From Metasolibacillus fluoroglycofenilyticus (GTDB lineage: Bacteria > Bacillota > Bacilli > Bacillales_A > Planococcaceae), in the NCBI RefSeq assembly GCF_003049645.1, contig NZ_PYWK01000001.1, positions 1,123,487-1,147,486 of the forward strand: a stretch of DNA of 24,000 nt. Reading direction: 5' to 3'. Of this stretch, positions 23,667 to 24,000 are shown one piece after another. Position 1 is the stretch's first letter; each line of letters opens with the position of its first letter. The position numbers and the translations under genes were made by a program. The notes under the pieces were generated by a model, which did not search any database, had not been told where the DNA came from, and was given only the letters and a program-made list of their open reading frames with translations.

Positions 23667-23820
23667 TATCCCGCATTAACGGGCAATAAGCCTCCCACTT
23701 CAAGGCTTAAATGAAATCGGTATAAGGCTAAGTGGGAGACCAACTGCTGGTAAAAGCCCGAATGGTTCAACTAACATTCAGTGGGGAGAGCGCCCACTGA
23801 ATGAAGTTTCATTTTATCCA
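23667..23820 (+). repeat. Structured dispersed repeat, copy B (about 154 nt)
   Basis: It aligns with 21143-21300. It contains hairpins at 23692-23700 / 23730-23738 and 23776-23785 / 23793-23802. Confidence 0.75.
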
Positions 23821-23824
23821 AACA

Positions 23825-23864
23825 GCGTCCCAAAAGTGGGCAACTGCACGGCTTTTGAGACGCG
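23825..23864 (-). terminator. Terminator hairpin, copy 4 of the repeat family
   Basis: The arms GCGTCCCAAAAG / CTTTTGAGACGC flank the loop TGGGCAACTGCACGG. It lies directly downstream of the aminotransferase stop. Confidence 0.65.
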
Positions 23865-23867
23865 ACT

Positions 23868-24000
23868 TTACAAAATGCTGCCTAAGCGTTTAATACCTTC
23901 CTCAATAATTTCAGGTGTGGAGTTTGTGTAGTTGAGGCGCATTGTATGAACATCGCCCGGATTTATATAAAACGGATTCCCTGGTACAAATGCAACTTTT
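23868..24000 (-). CDS. C-terminal 44 codons of a PLP-dependent aminotransferase (class I/II-like). The 5' part lies outside the window.
   Basis: The minus-strand frame is open to the window edge. Translation is ...KVAFVPGNPFYINPGDVHTMRLNYTNSTPEIIEEGIKRLGSIL*, which is typical of an aminotransferase C-terminus. The ORF is below the track cutoff. Confidence 0.55.
   Translation of the reverse strand, partial: KVAFVPGNPFYINPGDVHTMRLNYTNSTPEIIEEGIKRLGSIL

Overview
AT-rich Firmicute chromosomal segment, probably Bacillaceae and Lysinibacillus-like (inferred from gene content and synteny only). It opens with the conserved block bshA(partial)-cca-birA followed by panB-panC-panD, the same order I recall from Bacillus subtilis. 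Next come two tandem ABC-F ATPases, each behind its own leader. The remainder is a mixed housekeeping and accessory stretch: NUDIX hydrolase, AIM24-family protein, an unknown polytopic membrane protein, MerR regulator plus DUF4260, SulP transporter plus Usp, a UPF0316 protein, a WYL regulator plus GyrI-like protein divergent from an acetamidase/formamidase, a T-box-controlled archaeal-type ProRS, an ABC-2 exporter, a small-membrane-protein/ECF sigma/small-TM-protein module, a GNAT acetyltransferase and the 3' end of an aminotransferase. I see no rRNA, tRNA, CRISPR, transposase, integrase or recognisable multi-gene defence system. The interesting signals are non-coding. (1) A 608-nt ORF-free, hairpin-rich region ends in a strong terminator that abuts the panB ribosome-binding site, suggesting an attenuator or riboswitch. 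(2) An erm-like translational attenuator with a 6-codon leader peptide (MWLLYL) precedes an ARE-type ABC-F gene, and a terminator-containing leader precedes the first ABC-F gene. (3) Two arrays of short words phased at 21 bp (GCAAATA x7, GAGCGAAT x4) each lie upstream of a near-identical extended -10 promoter. (4) Twin sigma-W-type ECF promoters (TGAAAC-N16/17-CGTA) drive the AIM24 gene and the adjacent membrane protein gene. (5) Two ~155-nt structured direct repeats, with one compensatory base-pair change, bracket the ECF-sigma/GNAT cassette. (6) A family of four conserved-loop terminator hairpins is present. All calls rest on reading the sequence and the supplied translations; no database searches or folding programs were run.
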